Positions 1 through 10,445 are shown, counted from the first letter of the stretch. The stretch is DNA of 32,000 nt from Thermosulfurimonas dismutans (GCF_001652585.1 NZ_LWLG01000013.1:34376-66375); one strand, 5' to 3'. Numbers and translations are program-made. The notes: generated from the sequence alone by a model not told the origin.

Positions 1-837
1 GAGCTCTTCTTTCCGCTTCCGAACGATCCTGGGTTATTCGAGGCCCAGAGGTTAAAACCCCTTGAACCGGTCATTAATCTTTCTGGGCTTCTGCTTCCCT
101 TTGGGAAAGACCAAAACTTGGTTATCCTCTGGGAAAAAGAAGAAGGAGCCTGGTTACGAGAAGAAAGGCTGGCCGCCATGGGCAAACTGGCCGGAGAAAT
201 CGCTCACGAGATAAACAATCCCTTGGGAGGTATCCTTCTCTATAGCAATCTCCTTAAAGAAGATCTGCCACCGGAAAGCCCCCTTCACACTCACGTGGAA
301 AAGATCATCAAGCTGGCCACCCGCTGTCGCATAATTGCCAAAGCCCTCCTCAATTTTGGACGTCCAGAGGACGTTCACAAGGAGCCTCTAAATCTAAATT
401 CTCTCCTGAAAGAAATGTATGAGCTGGTCTCAGACTATAGAATCCTTCGCCGTGTAAAACCCTATTGGCAACTCCAACCAGATCTCCCTCCCGTGGAAGC
501 CGTAAGACCCCAACTAGAGCAGGTAGTTCTAAACCTTATCATCAATGCCGGGGAAGCCATGGAAGGTCAAGGTGAGATCCATTTTAAGACCGGCCAAACG
601 GAAACCGAGGTCTTCTTCGAGATTCGCGATACCGGTCCGGGGATACCGGAAGATCTCCTCCCCCTTATCTTCGAACCCTTTTTCACCACCAAAAAGAGCG
701 GAAAGGGCACAGGGCTTGGGCTTTCCATATGTCACGGTATAGTTAGACAACATGGGGGCCGAATAGAGGTAAGAAACGTCAAACCCCAGGGGGCAGCTTT
801 TAGGGTGTTTTTACCTCTGAAGACCTATGAAGACTAA
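1..837 (+). CDS. Sensor histidine kinase, C-terminal part (HisKA + HATPase_c); 5' end lies outside the window
   Basis: Frame 1 is open from nt 1, with no stop before the listed TTG at 118. H-box 'GEIAHEINNPLGG', N-box 'LNLIINAGEAM', G1 'DTGPGI', G2 'GKGTGLGLS'. Overlaps the downstream response regulator by 11 nt. Confidence 0.85.
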   Translation, partial: ELFFPLPNDPGLFEAQRLKPLEPVINLSGLLLPFGKDQNLVILWEKEEGAWLREERLAAMGKLAGEIAHEINNPLGGILLYSNLLKEDLPPESPLHTHVEKIIKLATRCRIIAKALLNFGRPEDVHKEPLNLNSLLKEMYELVSDYRILRRVKPYWQLQPDLPPVEAVRPQLEQVVLNLIINAGEAMEGQGEIHFKTGQTETEVFFEIRDTGPGIPEDLLPLIFEPFFTTKKSGKGTGLGLSICHGIVRQHGGRIEVRNVKPQGAAFRVFLPLKTYED

Positions 838-2179
838 AGCTCGGATCCTCATTGTAGATGACGACCCTGGAATTAGAGATGCCTGTTTTCAGGTGTTAAG
901 CCGTGAAGGCTACGAGATAGAACTGGCCGGTACTGCGGAAGAGGCTCGCAAGCTTATCTCGGACTTTGAGTTCGATGTTGTCCTCCTGGATCTAAAGCTC
1001 CCAGGTGTGGAAGGATTAGAACTCCTAAAAGAAATCAGAGAAGAAGATCCCCAGGCCCAAGTCATTGTCATCACGGCTTATGGGACGGTACAGGTAGCAG
1101 TTTCGGCCATGAAATTGGGGGCCACCGACTTCTTGCAGAAACCCTTCAGCCCTCAGGAATTAAGGCTGGCCGTAGAAAAGGCCCTAGAGAAACGACGGTT
1201 GACTCTTGAAAACCTCTACCTCAAACGCACTCTAGCCGAAAAGGAAGGCACTATCGAATTCATAGGTCAGAGTCCGGCTATAAAGCGCGTCCTTGAGAGA
1301 GCGGCGCTTGCGGCCCAAACCGATTCCACCGTACTCCTCACTGGAGAATCCGGAACCGGCAAAGGCCTCTTGGCTCGGAAGATCCATGAAATGAGTCCCC
1401 GACGGGAAGGCCCCTTTGTAGCCGTAGACTGCGGCACCCTAGTACCTACCCTTTTCGAATCCGAGCTCTTCGGACACGTAAAGGGCGCTTTTACCGGAGC
1501 TACCTCTCACAAGATCGGAAAGTTCGAGTTGGCAAACAATGGTACCATCTTTTTCGATGAAATTGGCAATATATCGCCTGATATTCAGGCCAAACTCCTT
1601 AAGGCCGTTGAAGAAAAGGAAATCTCGCCGGTAGGCAGTCATCGTCTGATAAGAGTGGATGTAAGAATCATAGCCGCCACCAATAAAAATCTGAAGGAAG
1701 AGGTCCGTAAAGGAAATTTTCGCGAAGACCTTTTTTTCCGTTTAAACGTAATTTCCATCCAGCTACCACCCTTGAGGGAAAGAAGAGAAGATATTCCCCT
1801 GCTAGCCGAATATTTCCTTAAACGGTATGCGAGAAAACATGGCAAACCGGTAGAAGCTCTGTCCCCAGAAGTCATTGAAGCCTTTCAAAGCTACACCTGG
1901 CCGGGTAACGTGCGAGAACTCGAAAATACCATCGAAAGACTGGTAGTATTCGCTCGCAAGGATATCATTACCCCGGAAGACCTTTATTTTGCTGGTTTCG
2001 AGAGTGAAAAATTAGAATTCAAGCTAGAGGATGATCTACCGCTTGAAGAAGTAGAAAAACGTTATATCCTCAAGGTGCTTCGAAGCTGTGGTGGCAACAA
2101 GACCCTAGCTGCCAAACGACTGGGCATCGATCGCAAGACCTTGAGGGAAAAATTAAAACGCTGGGGAATTTCAAAATAA
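827..2179 (+). CDS. Sigma-54-dependent response regulator (NtrC/AtoC family: REC + AAA+ + Fis-type HTH)
   Basis: REC 'ILIVDDD...LLDLKLPG'; Walker A 'GESGTGKG'; 'ESELFGHVKGAFTGA' (GAFTGA loop); Walker B 'IFFDEIG'; C-terminal HTH 'GNKTLAAKRLGIDRKTLREKLKR'. Confidence 0.9.
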   Translation: MKTKARILIVDDDPGIRDACFQVLSREGYEIELAGTAEEARKLISDFEFDVVLLDLKLPGVEGLELLKEIREEDPQAQVIVITAYGTVQVAVSAMKLGATDFLQKPFSPQELRLAVEKALEKRRLTLENLYLKRTLAEKEGTIEFIGQSPAIKRVLERAALAAQTDSTVLLTGESGTGKGLLARKIHEMSPRREGPFVAVDCGTLVPTLFESELFGHVKGAFTGATSHKIGKFELANNGTIFFDEIGNISPDIQAKLLKAVEEKEISPVGSHRLIRVDVRIIAATNKNLKEEVRKGNFREDLFFRLNVISIQLPPLRERREDIPLLAEYFLKRYARKHGKPVEALSPEVIEAFQSYTWPGNVRELENTIERLVVFARKDIITPEDLYFAGFESEKLEFKLEDDLPLEEVEKRYILKVLRSCGGNKTLAAKRLGIDRKTLREKLKRWGISK

Positions 2180-3571
2180 AGGATACCAGAACACCTTGAG
2201 TCGAAACCTTCCCCCTTCCTTCCCAATAGCAAACAAGCCATGAAACAATGAAAATTCAAATTCCGAAGGTGATCGGCGCAGAGATAACAAAAATGCTATT
2301 TCTTGTACGCTTTTAGAAGGTCCAGCCTCATAACGATAAAGCCCCCATAAAAGTTTGAAGTACCGTTTTCCATCGGGAAACCGGTAATATTCAAGCAACT
2401 TTAGAAAAGGACCCCAATTTCTTTCAACACCTTCATCATAGAAAGGCAATATGGCCGGAAAGTAAAAAAGACTTTCTCCCTCGGAGCTCCTATATCGTAC
2501 AAACAAAGGCCAGAAACGAATAAAACTTTCTTTCTCCTCTCCCTCCCGATAAACCTTACGATATCTCGATAGGAGGAGAATCCTGGCGGAGGTTTCCTCT
2601 TCCTTCCCCCTCACAAGATGTTCTCCCTGGAAAATAGGCCAAAGAACAAAGTTACTCTCTTTATCCGAAGTCTTGCGGTATCCGAAAAGGGGAAAGATTC
2701 GGAATCCTTCTTTATCTTCGCCTTTCTGAATCTGAAAAATGGGCCAGGGAAGATCCCACTGTTTAAATCGCTGGTCAGTGGTCTCCAAATGCTGAAAGAA
2801 AGGCCAGAAATAGATAGTTTTGCGATAACGAGGTCCTTCCTCTCTTACCCACAAAGGGAAAAACATCCTCTTGCGGGCCGGAGGACCATCATCGTAATAC
2901 CTTTCTTCCGAGATAAAAAATGGCCAGAGGAAAAAAGAACGCCGAAATTGGCCCTTCCTTTCGCGATAACCCCATATAGGCCAGACTTTGAACCCCGAGA
3001 GTTCTGGACCACGGCTGTAGTTAAAGATGGGCCAGAGAATATTGGTGGATCGATTGGAACCCTCTCTGGCCTGGGAGTAGATCGGCCATAGTACGAATCT
3101 GATCTCGTCGTATCCGAAACGTTCCTTCATGCGGCCGTAAATAGGAAAGAGCCCCCAGTACTTCTCCCCGCTCTCAGTCCTTCCCCAGAAAACCGGAAAA
3201 TAGGTGTGGTGGGCCCCCGAAGTTTTCTCTCCCTCTACCCAGTCGTAAGAAAATAGAGGGACCAAACGAAACCTTCGGAAATCTTTCTCTTTATGATAAT
3301 GCCCGAGAGGAGAGAGAAAATAGAGATCCTCGGTTTTTTCCTCTTTGTTGGTGACCTCCGTAAAGATGGGTCTTAAAGAGAAAGAATCCTCTTTGGTGTT
3401 ACGATAACGATAAATAAAAGGCCCCAAGAGCTCAAGACGGGACCTTTCCTTTTCTTTGGCATAGAAAAGAAGGGGCCAGAGATTGATACGAAAACTATCT
3501 CCCCAACCGAGGCCCGGAAGCAGAAGACAGAGCAAAAGGCCCACAAAAACCGATCTCTTCATCTTGTCCAA
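2171..3571 (-). CDS. Secreted repeat protein ('WP-repeat'), putative outer-membrane beta-barrel; last gene of the mla operon
   Basis: Signal peptide 'MKRSVFVGLLLCLLLPGLGWG'. Nine exact W-P motifs (LWPLLF, LWPIYS, LWPIFN, VWPIWG, LWPFFI, FWPFFQ, PWPIFQ, LWPIFQ, FWPLFV) plus about 11 degenerate x-P-hydrophobic copies. C-terminal '...FWYPLF' ends in Phe, like an OMP beta-signal. Lies 7 nt downstream of mlaD. Confidence 0.65.
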   Translation of the reverse strand: MDKMKRSVFVGLLLCLLLPGLGWGDSFRINLWPLLFYAKEKERSRLELLGPFIYRYRNTKEDSFSLRPIFTEVTNKEEKTEDLYFLSPLGHYHKEKDFRRFRLVPLFSYDWVEGEKTSGAHHTYFPVFWGRTESGEKYWGLFPIYGRMKERFGYDEIRFVLWPIYSQAREGSNRSTNILWPIFNYSRGPELSGFKVWPIWGYRERKGQFRRSFFLWPFFISEERYYDDGPPARKRMFFPLWVREEGPRYRKTIYFWPFFQHLETTDQRFKQWDLPWPIFQIQKGEDKEGFRIFPLFGYRKTSDKESNFVLWPIFQGEHLVRGKEEETSARILLLSRYRKVYREGEEKESFIRFWPLFVRYRSSEGESLFYFPAILPFYDEGVERNWGPFLKLLEYYRFPDGKRYFKLLWGLYRYEAGPSKSVQEIAFLLSLRRSPSEFEFSLFHGLFAIGKEGGRFRLKVFWYPLF

Positions 3572-3577
3572 CTACCC

Positions 3578-4654
3578 TTATTGCATAGCTGCCCCGGCAA
3601 TAGTGCCTAGGATAGAAATAGGTACCTGTTCCTGAATCCCGGTGCTGGCTCTGTTCACGTTTTGAAGGGTCTTCTTGGCCTCGATGTAGAGAGAATCATC
3701 GTTGATGAGTTTACCCAAGGTACCTTCACCTCGTTCAACCTTCTTTACGATCCGATTCAGGGAGGCCGCCGTGTCCTTGAGCTCTTCATAAAGTTCGTCA
3801 TCCGTCAAAAGCTTGCCAAGAGTACCTTCCCCTTTGTTTATTCTATCCGCTACTTCTGCAATGGCCGTGGACCCCCTCTCCACGCTCTTCATGGCTTCCT
3901 TAAAGCTGAGGTAAAGCTCTTCATCCGTAAGGAGTTTGCCTAAAGTACCTTCTCCTCGCCGCATCTTTTCGGAGACCTCTTTTAAATTGGCCATAGTGAC
4001 TTTAAAGTCTGCAAAGCTGCGTCTAATATCTGTGTAAAGGGTCTCATCTACTAGGAGTTTACCCAAAGTGCCCTCACCCCGGACTACCTTTTCGCCCACC
4101 TCTTTAAAGGCCGCACTGGCATCCCTAAGATTAACGATCAATTCCTTGAGGTTATTACGTCCCTCCTCGCTTCCCAGAATCTCACTCAACCCCTCGGCCA
4201 CCTTCTTCAAATCTTTGATAGCCGGGCCAACCTCCGCAATTACCTGACTGAGATCCATAGGACTTTGTGTGTGGGCTAGGGTAGCTCCAGCCACAAGAAA
4301 TTCCGAAGATTTTCCCTGTCTAACCTCTACAAAACGATCTCCAAGAACCCCAGCCGTCCGGATAAGGGCCTCGGCGTCCCGGGTTAGCTTGAAGTCCTTG
4401 TAGATCAGGAGTTCGACCTTGGCCCGGCCTTCGGGAAGAAGCGAAATGGCCCCCACCTTTCCAATCTCTACCCCAGCCATCTCCACCCGGGCTCCCCGCA
4501 CGAGTCCCGAAACGTTATCGAATACCGCATAGACCGGATAAGTTCCTCGGGGAACCAAGGATTCTTCCGCAAGTTTGACTGTGAGATAAGCTAAAGCCAA
4601 AAGGGCCACCAAAACAAAAACGCCAACTTTAATCTCCGTGCTTTTCTTGTACAT
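3578..4654 (-). CDS. mlaD: MlaD-like MCE-domain protein with a C-terminal tandem-repeat extension
   Basis: N-terminal TM 'VGVFVLVALLALAYL'; MCE core 'VYAVFDNVSGLVRGARVEMAGVEIGKV'; four repeats of 'GEGTLGKLL.D..LY'. Start placed at ATG 4654, preceded by AGGAGG (complement of 4661-4666) with a 6-nt spacer, rather than the GTG at 4690. Confidence 0.85.
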   Translation of the reverse strand: MYKKSTEIKVGVFVLVALLALAYLTVKLAEESLVPRGTYPVYAVFDNVSGLVRGARVEMAGVEIGKVGAISLLPEGRAKVELLIYKDFKLTRDAEALIRTAGVLGDRFVEVRQGKSSEFLVAGATLAHTQSPMDLSQVIAEVGPAIKDLKKVAEGLSEILGSEEGRNNLKELIVNLRDASAAFKEVGEKVVRGEGTLGKLLVDETLYTDIRRSFADFKVTMANLKEVSEKMRRGEGTLGKLLTDEELYLSFKEAMKSVERGSTAIAEVADRINKGEGTLGKLLTDDELYEELKDTAASLNRIVKKVERGEGTLGKLINDDSLYIEAKKTLQNVNRASTGIQEQVPISILGTIAGAAMQ

Positions 4655-5405
4655 CTCTACCCTCCTCGGGATAGCATCCCTCAAAAGCACTTTTCAAGAA
4701 TTCCCTCACAAAGGGATGCTCGCTCTTTTTGATCTCTTCCGGAGTTCCCTCGGCTACCACCCTTCCTTCATTTAGGAACGCGATATAATCCGCCGCCATG
4801 AGAGCTATAGGGACATCGTGGGTAACAACTACTCCGGTAAGACCATACTGCTGTTGAGTCTTCCGGATAAGTTTCATGGTGGCGACCTGAAGCATGGGAT
4901 CAAGACCGGTAGTAGGCTCATCAAAAAGAATAATTTCGGGCTCAAGAGCCAAGGCCCGGGCAAGAGCCGCTCGTTTCTTCATACCTCCAGAAAGCTCAGC
5001 CGGATATTTGTTCCGGGCCTCAAGCAAACCCACTTGAGAAAGTTTCTCCTCCACCTTTCTTTGGATTTCTTTTTTGGAAAGCTTGGTATGTTCTATCAAA
5101 GGAAAAGCTACGTTTTCCGCCACCGTCATAGAATCAAAGAGAGCCCCCTCCTGGAAGAGGAATCCGAACTTACGCCTAAGTCTCTGCCACTCCTTTTCTG
5201 AAAGGTGGGTCACATCCTGACCGTCAATCAGGATTTGCCCTCGGTCCGGTTTGAGAAGACCTATGATATGTTTGAGGAGCACGCTCTTTCCGGTTCCGCT
5301 GCGGCCCATTATAAAAGTGAGCTTTCCCCGAGGGATCTCTAGATTGATCCCGTTTAGGACCGTCTGTTCCCCAAAACTCTTGTATAAATCGACCAATTTC
5401 ACCAT
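4629..5405 (-). CDS. mlaF: ABC transporter ATP-binding protein, MlaF-like
   Basis: Walker A 'GRSGTGKS', signature 'LSGGMKKRAALARAL', Walker B 'IILFDEPTTGLD'. Sits between the permease and MCE genes. Confidence 0.9.
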   Translation of the reverse strand: MVKLVDLYKSFGEQTVLNGINLEIPRGKLTFIMGRSGTGKSVLLKHIIGLLKPDRGQILIDGQDVTHLSEKEWQRLRRKFGFLFQEGALFDSMTVAENVAFPLIEHTKLSKKEIQRKVEEKLSQVGLLEARNKYPAELSGGMKKRAALARALALEPEIILFDEPTTGLDPMLQVATMKLIRKTQQQYGLTGVVVTHDVPIALMAADYIAFLNEGRVVAEGTPEEIKKSEHPFVREFLKSAFEGCYPEEGRDVQEKHGD

Positions 5406-5407
5406 GA

Positions 5408-6205
5408 CTAAAAAAGAAGCGAGGTCAGGATATAGTCTCCCACCAGGATACTTACCGAAGCAATGACCACGGCCTCGGTGGTGGCCCGTCCTACCCCTTC
5501 TGCTCCCCCGGAGGCGTTATAACCTTTATAGCAACCAATTATAGACAACAAACCTCCGAACACGAAGGCCTTGTATATACCGCTCGAAAGATCCAGCCAT
5601 TCCACCATTTCCTGCATCTTTCGAATAAAGATTCCGGCATCCACATTCAAGAGCATGACCCCAACCAGGTAGCCACCGGCGATCCCCACCAGATCAGCAA
5701 TGATAGTAAGAAGAGGCACCATAATCACGGCCGCCCAGAAACGGGGCACCACCAAATAGTGAACCGGGTTTACAGCCATCACCTCCAAGGCATCGATCTG
5801 TTCGGTAACCCGCATAGAGCCCAGCTCGGCCGCCATGGCAGAGCCAGCACGGGCCGTAACCATAAGACTAGTAAGCACCGGCCCCAGCTCCCGCACAAGA
5901 CTCAAAGCTACCAAACCTCCGAGAAGGCTTTCCCCTCCGAATTTGGAGAGGGCATGATACCCCTGAAAGGCCATTACCATTCCGGAAAAAAGGGCTGTAA
6001 GAACCACCACCAAAAGGGAATTGACACCAACAAACTCCATCTGTTTAAAAAAGAGCCTCAACCTAAAGGGAGGCCTAAAGGTATAAACCAGAGTAGTCAG
6101 AAAAAGAAGGGCCATCCCCCCGGCTTGAGAGATAAAATCTAACCCCACCCGCCCTAAATAAGACAAAAAGTTGAGCATTACGATCCACCTTCTCCTGGCT
6201 AGCAT
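5408..6205 (-). CDS. mlaE: ABC transporter permease, MlaE-like
   Basis: 265-aa polytopic membrane protein with the typical MlaE length and position, 2 nt upstream of mlaF. Confidence 0.85.
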   Translation of the reverse strand: MLARRRWIVMLNFLSYLGRVGLDFISQAGGMALLFLTTLVYTFRPPFRLRLFFKQMEFVGVNSLLVVVLTALFSGMVMAFQGYHALSKFGGESLLGGLVALSLVRELGPVLTSLMVTARAGSAMAAELGSMRVTEQIDALEVMAVNPVHYLVVPRFWAAVIMVPLLTIIADLVGIAGGYLVGVMLLNVDAGIFIRKMQEMVEWLDLSSGIYKAFVFGGLLSIIGCYKGYNASGGAEGVGRATTEAVVIASVSILVGDYILTSLLF

Positions 6206-6209
6206 TATT

Positions 6210-7058
6210 TTATACCTGATCCAAACTACTAAGCAAGCTTCCTATTTCATTAAAATTTGGTACTCCAGATAACCCTGGCCGGCTAACCCCGATAGCGGCC
6301 ATTCTTATGGCCTTTTCTAAGGCTTCTTCCGGACTTTTCCCTCTATAGAGAAAGGCAAAAAAGGCCCCTGCCAAGATATCTCCGGCCCCAGTAGGATCTA
6401 CGACTTCCACCTTTCGGGCCGGAACAAATTTTTCTTTTGAATTTGAATTTATAAAGAGACTTGCACCTTCCGCGCCCCTGGTCAACACAAGTATTTCCGA
6501 AATATTTTTTAGTTCTTTTAGTAACCCCTCCGGATCCGCAGAAAGATCCTCCTCACTTAGTACCAAAGCGTGAAAATGGGGAGCCTTTGATAGATCCGGA
6601 CGAGCATGAATGACGGCCCCGTCAGGGGCCACTCTCCGAAACCAACCCTGAGGATTGCCTACCAAAAAACGAAAACGAAAAAGCTCAACATAAACCTTTC
6701 CCTCTATCGGAACTTCGTCCAAGATCGGAGCCAGATGTAGGACATCCGTTTCAATAGGTCTATTTAGCAAAGAAAAATCAAGAGGTTTGGCTCTGGCATG
6801 TACCTTTTGTCTTCGTCCATAGGGGGTTTCTTGATTTTCGAAAACCGTAGTCTCCGGTGAAATTTGATTATGAATGAAGAGCTCCGGAAAAAGGTTCTTT
6901 AGTTCTTCAGGGTCTTCGGCCGAGGCCGTAATAACGTGGGTCTCGAAACCCAACCTTCTTACCATGAGACCGGCGTAAAGTACGGCCCCACCGAAACGAA
7001 AACCGCCTTTCGGTACTAGGTCCCGGGTAATGTGCCCCAATAGGAGATAGCGGGCCAT
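6210..7058 (-). CDS. PfkB-family carbohydrate kinase
   Basis: Ribokinase-fold signature 'DPTGAGDILAGAF' near the C-terminus. Abuts the ilvD stop and the mlaE start. Confidence 0.8.
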   Translation of the reverse strand: MARYLLLGHITRDLVPKGGFRFGGAVLYAGLMVRRLGFETHVITASAEDPEELKNLFPELFIHNQISPETTVFENQETPYGRRQKVHARAKPLDFSLLNRPIETDVLHLAPILDEVPIEGKVYVELFRFRFLVGNPQGWFRRVAPDGAVIHARPDLSKAPHFHALVLSEEDLSADPEGLLKELKNISEILVLTRGAEGASLFINSNSKEKFVPARKVEVVDPTGAGDILAGAFFAFLYRGKSPEEALEKAIRMAAIGVSRPGLSGVPNFNEIGSLLSSLDQV

Positions 7059-8717
7059 TTAGTCTTCGAAAACTGCTCCTTTGGCCCCTGAACTTACCAG
7101 TTTTGCGTATCGGGCAAGGACTCCGGAAACCTTTTTCTTTTTGGGCCTCCAGGCCTTGCGCCGAGTAGAAAGTTCATCCTCCGAGACCAAGAGCTCTAGT
7201 TTCCTCTCCGGAATATCTATCCGGATACGATCTCCATCTTTTACCAAGGCGATGGGGCCACCTTCGGCGGCCTCAGGAGAAACATGCCCGATACAGGCCC
7301 CCTGAGTACCACCGCTGAAACGTCCGTCCGTAATCAAAGCCACTGAGGAACCGAGTCCCATACCAATGATGGCTGAAGTGGGAGACAGCATTTCCCGCAT
7401 CCCGGGACCGCCCTTGGGTCCCTCGTAACGAATGACCACCACATCCCCCGGCTTTATCTTTCCACCAAGAATGGCCCGGTAGGCCTCCTCCTCGGAATCA
7501 AAAACTCGGGCTGGCCCCTCATGTTTCATCATTTCGGGAACCACGGCACTGGTCTTGACCACCGCCCCCTCCGGAGCCAGATTTCCCCAAAGTATGGCAA
7601 TACCCCCTTCCTCTCGATAAGCCTTCTCTACGGGCCTTATAACTTCGGGATTGAGGATGCAGGCCTCTTTTAGGATTTCTTTGAGTTTTTTACCTGTGCT
7701 GGTAAGCACACCGGTCTCTATCACCCCCACTTTGGTCAGCTCCGCCATGACCGCCGGTATGCCCCCGGCCTCATGAAGTTCGGGCACACTGTAAGGCCCG
7801 GAAGGGATAAGGCTCGCCAAAACTGGCGTCTTGCGGGAGATCTCGTCAAAGACCTCAAGAGGGAGCTCAAGACCCGCCTCCCGAGCGATGGCCGGTACAT
7901 GAAGGACGGTGTTGGTGGAACAGCCCAAGGCCATGTCCACCGCGATGGCATTACGAAAGGCCTCCGCAGTAGCGATCTTACGGGGGGTGATCCTCTTTTT
8001 AAGGAGTTCGACCACCTTCATCCCGGTCCTTTTGGCCAGACGTAGTCTTTCAGCCGTGACCGCTGGTATGGTCCCGTTTCCGGGAAGCGCCAAACCTAGA
8101 GCCTCGGAAAGGCAGTTCATGGAATTGGCCGTAAACATCCCGGCACAGGAACCGCAAGTAGGACAGGCACATTCCTCAAGCTCCGCTAGGTCCTCCTCGG
8201 TCATCTCTCCGGCCTTGACCCGCCCCACGCCTTCAAAGACCGAAATGAGATTGACCTTGCGTCCGCGGAAACTGCCGGTAAGCATGGGGCCGCCGGAGAC
8301 GAGAAGAGCCGGGATATTGAGCCTCAAAGCCGCCATGAGCATCCCCGGGGTGATCTTGTCACAGCTTGAGACCAGGACCAGGGCGTCAAAGGCATGGGCC
8401 TGAGTCATGATCTCTATGGCATCGGCGATTATTTCACGGCTCACCAGAGAATAGCGCATGCCTTCGTGGTTCATGGCAATGCCATCGCAGACCCCGATAA
8501 CCCCAAACTCAATCGGAACCCCTCCGGCCATCCGTACCCCGGCCTTAACGGCTTCGGTAATCTGACGGAGGTGCATGTGGCCGGGAACAATTTCATTAAA
8601 GGAATTGGCAATCCCTATTAAAGGTTTCTTGAGCTCCTCATCCGTGAGGCCTAAGGCCTTCAAAAGGGATCGGTGAGGGGCCCTTTCCAGCCCCTTCTTG
8701 ACACGATCACTCCGCAT
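7059..8717 (-). CDS. ilvD: Dihydroxy-acid dehydratase
   Basis: '[14 protein letters not shown]', '[16 protein letters not shown]', 'TDGRFSGGT'. Start placed at ATG 8717 with AGGAGG 7 nt upstream, not the TTG at 8735. Confidence 0.95.
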   Translation of the reverse strand: MRSDRVKKGLERAPHRSLLKALGLTDEELKKPLIGIANSFNEIVPGHMHLRQITEAVKAGVRMAGGVPIEFGVIGVCDGIAMNHEGMRYSLVSREIIADAIEIMTQAHAFDALVLVSSCDKITPGMLMAALRLNIPALLVSGGPMLTGSFRGRKVNLISVFEGVGRVKAGEMTEEDLAELEECACPTCGSCAGMFTANSMNCLSEALGLALPGNGTIPAVTAERLRLAKRTGMKVVELLKKRITPRKIATAEAFRNAIAVDMALGCSTNTVLHVPAIAREAGLELPLEVFDEISRKTPVLASLIPSGPYSVPELHEAGGIPAVMAELTKVGVIETGVLTSTGKKLKEILKEACILNPEVIRPVEKAYREEGGIAILWGNLAPEGAVVKTSAVVPEMMKHEGPARVFDSEEEAYRAILGGKIKPGDVVVIRYEGPKGGPGMREMLSPTSAIIGMGLGSSVALITDGRFSGGTQGACIGHVSPEAAEGGPIALVKDGDRIRIDIPERKLELLVSEDELSTRRKAWRPKKKKVSGVLARYAKLVSSGAKGAVFED

Positions 8718-8826
8718 ATCTAAACCTCCTCCCAAGTTTCAATCACTATAATAATCTTCTTTATAACACCCTTGCTTTTTCAATAAAAGCGGTTAACTTT
8801 AGGCCAAATTGAAAAGGGGGTTCATT

Positions 8827-9051
8827 ATGCGAGAAGAGGTCGAGGCCGCTCTGGCCAAAGTCAGGCCCATGCTTCAGGCCGATGGTGGAGACGTGGAGCT
8901 GGTGGACATCACGGAGGATGGGGTGGTAAAGGTTCGTCTCCGTGGGGCCTGCGGGACCTGTCCCATGTCTCAGATGACCCTTAAGATGGGTATTGAACGT
9001 TACCTCAAAAAAGAAGTCCCAGAGGTCAAGGCTGTAGAAGCCGTAATGTAA
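8827..9051 (+). CDS. NifU C-terminal-domain (Nfu-like) Fe-S cluster protein
   Basis: '[15 protein letters not shown]...[14 protein letters not shown]'. Start at ATG 8827 after 'aaaaggggg'. Confidence 0.85.
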   Translation: MREEVEAALAKVRPMLQADGGDVELVDITEDGVVKVRLRGACGTCPMSQMTLKMGIERYLKKEVPEVKAVEAVM

Positions 9052-9063
9052 GGAGGTTGCGGG

Positions 9064-9327
9064 ATGGCCCGCGTTACAGTTGAAGATTGTCTAGAAAAGG
9101 TTCCCAGCCGCTTTAGACTTATTCATTTAACGGTAGAGCGGGTAAGACAACTGCGCAAGGGGGCCAAACCCCTGGTAGAATGTGATAACCGCGAAATTGT
9201 GACCGCTCTCAGGGAAATTGCGGCTGGTAAGGTAACCTTCGAAAATATCAAAGAATTGGCCAAGGAAGCCGAAGACTTCTCCATTTCTGACCTTCTTGAA
9301 GGTAAAGGGCCCGGTAAAGAGTCGTGA
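9064..9327 (+). CDS. rpoZ: DNA-directed RNA polymerase subunit omega
   Basis: '[30 protein letters not shown]' is a typical RpoZ N-terminus; 87 aa. Confidence 0.85.
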   Translation: MARVTVEDCLEKVPSRFRLIHLTVERVRQLRKGAKPLVECDNREIVTALREIAAGKVTFENIKELAKEAEDFSISDLLEGKGPGKES

Positions 9328-10445
9328 AGGAAAAAGACTACTATGCCATCCTGGGAGTTTCACGTAACGCCACCCAGGAGGAGATTAAAAAGGCCTACCG
9401 GCGTCTGGCGTTAAAATACCATCCCGACCGCAATCCTGGAGACCGGGAAGCGGAGGAACGGTTCAAGGAAATCTCCGAGGCCTATGAAGTTCTTTCGGAT
9501 CCTCAGAAAAGGGCCATCTATGATTCTCAGGGATTCTCTGGCCTACATCGGACGGGTTTTCGTGGTTTCGAAGACGTAGAGGACATCTTTTCTGCCTTTT
9601 CTGATCTCTTTGAAGAGTTCTTCGGTTTCGGCTTTAAAGAGAAACCAGGCCGACGCCCCAGGTCCGGAGCTGATCTCTCCTACGAGATCTCGCTCACCCT
9701 TGAGGAAGTCTATCGAGGCAAGGAAACCGAGGTTACCCTTGAGCTTTATCAAAAATGCGAGGAATGTGCGGGTTCAGGATTGGCGCCCGGGGCCGGCCCA
9801 CGGTATTGCCCGGTTTGTAAAGGCCGGGGGCATATCGTGCATTCGGAGGGCTTTTTTAGGCTGAGCACCACTTGTCCGCATTGTCACGGGATGGGCACTT
9901 ACGTTTCCGATCCCTGCCCCAAGTGTCACGGTGAAGGTCGGATCTGGGGGCGTAAAAAACTCCGAGTCAAGATTCCTCCCGGGGTAGAAGAAGGTTCTCT
10001 TATCCGCATTCCCGGTGAGGGCGAGGCCGGACTATATGGTGGTCCCCCGGGGGACCTCTATCTTAAGGTAAGGATCAAACCTCACGAATATTTCCGCCGG
10101 GAAGGCAAAGATCTTCATCTTGATCTCGTGGTCGGTGTGGTGGACGCCATCCTCGGAGCCGAAACAGAAGTCACCCATCTTTCCGGGGAAAGGATCAAGA
10201 TCAAGATTCCCAAGGGAAGTCAACCCGGAGATCGCATCACTATAAAGGGTAAAGGACTTCCGGATTCCCGCGGGGGGGCTCCCGGAGACCTTATCGTCCA
10301 TCTTCAAGTAAAGCTACCTTCCAAAGTAAATCGGGAGCAGGAAGAGCTTCTCCGACGGTTCGCCGAACTCGAAAAGGAAAAGGCCCCCAGGATTAAATCG
10401 CAACGCAAGAAGAGCTTTCTAGGAAAAATTTTCGGAGAAGCCTGA
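9324..10445 (+). CDS. dnaJ: Molecular chaperone DnaJ
   Basis: J-domain with 'YHPDRNP'; G/F-rich linker; four CxxCxGxG motifs ([32 protein letters not shown]). GTG start overlaps the rpoZ stop (GTGA). Confidence 0.9.
   Translation: MKEKDYYAILGVSRNATQEEIKKAYRRLALKYHPDRNPGDREAEERFKEISEAYEVLSDPQKRAIYDSQGFSGLHRTGFRGFEDVEDIFSAFSDLFEEFFGFGFKEKPGRRPRSGADLSYEISLTLEEVYRGKETEVTLELYQKCEECAGSGLAPGAGPRYCPVCKGRGHIVHSEGFFRLSTTCPHCHGMGTYVSDPCPKCHGEGRIWGRKKLRVKIPPGVEEGSLIRIPGEGEAGLYGGPPGDLYLKVRIKPHEYFRREGKDLHLDLVVGVVDAILGAETEVTHLSGERIKIKIPKGSQPGDRITIKGKGLPDSRGGAPGDLIVHLQVKLPSKVNREQEELLRRFAELEKEKAPRIKSQRKKSFLGKIFGEA

Noticed and set aside
4655-4690. Longest-ORF starts for mlaD (4690), ilvD (8735), nfu-like (8809), dksA-like (10875), hicB (15857) and the first operon gene (20052)
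   Set aside because: In each case an internal ATG gives a family-typical N-terminus. For mlaD, ilvD, nfu-like, dksA-like and hicB it also has a better-placed SD. The internal ATG 20103 has no convincing SD, but the 20052 TTG coincides with a predicted -35 box.
8736-8826. Divergent ilvD/nfu promoter or leader elements
   Set aside because: Several weak -35/-10-like hexamers have non-optimal spacing. None is distinctive enough to report.
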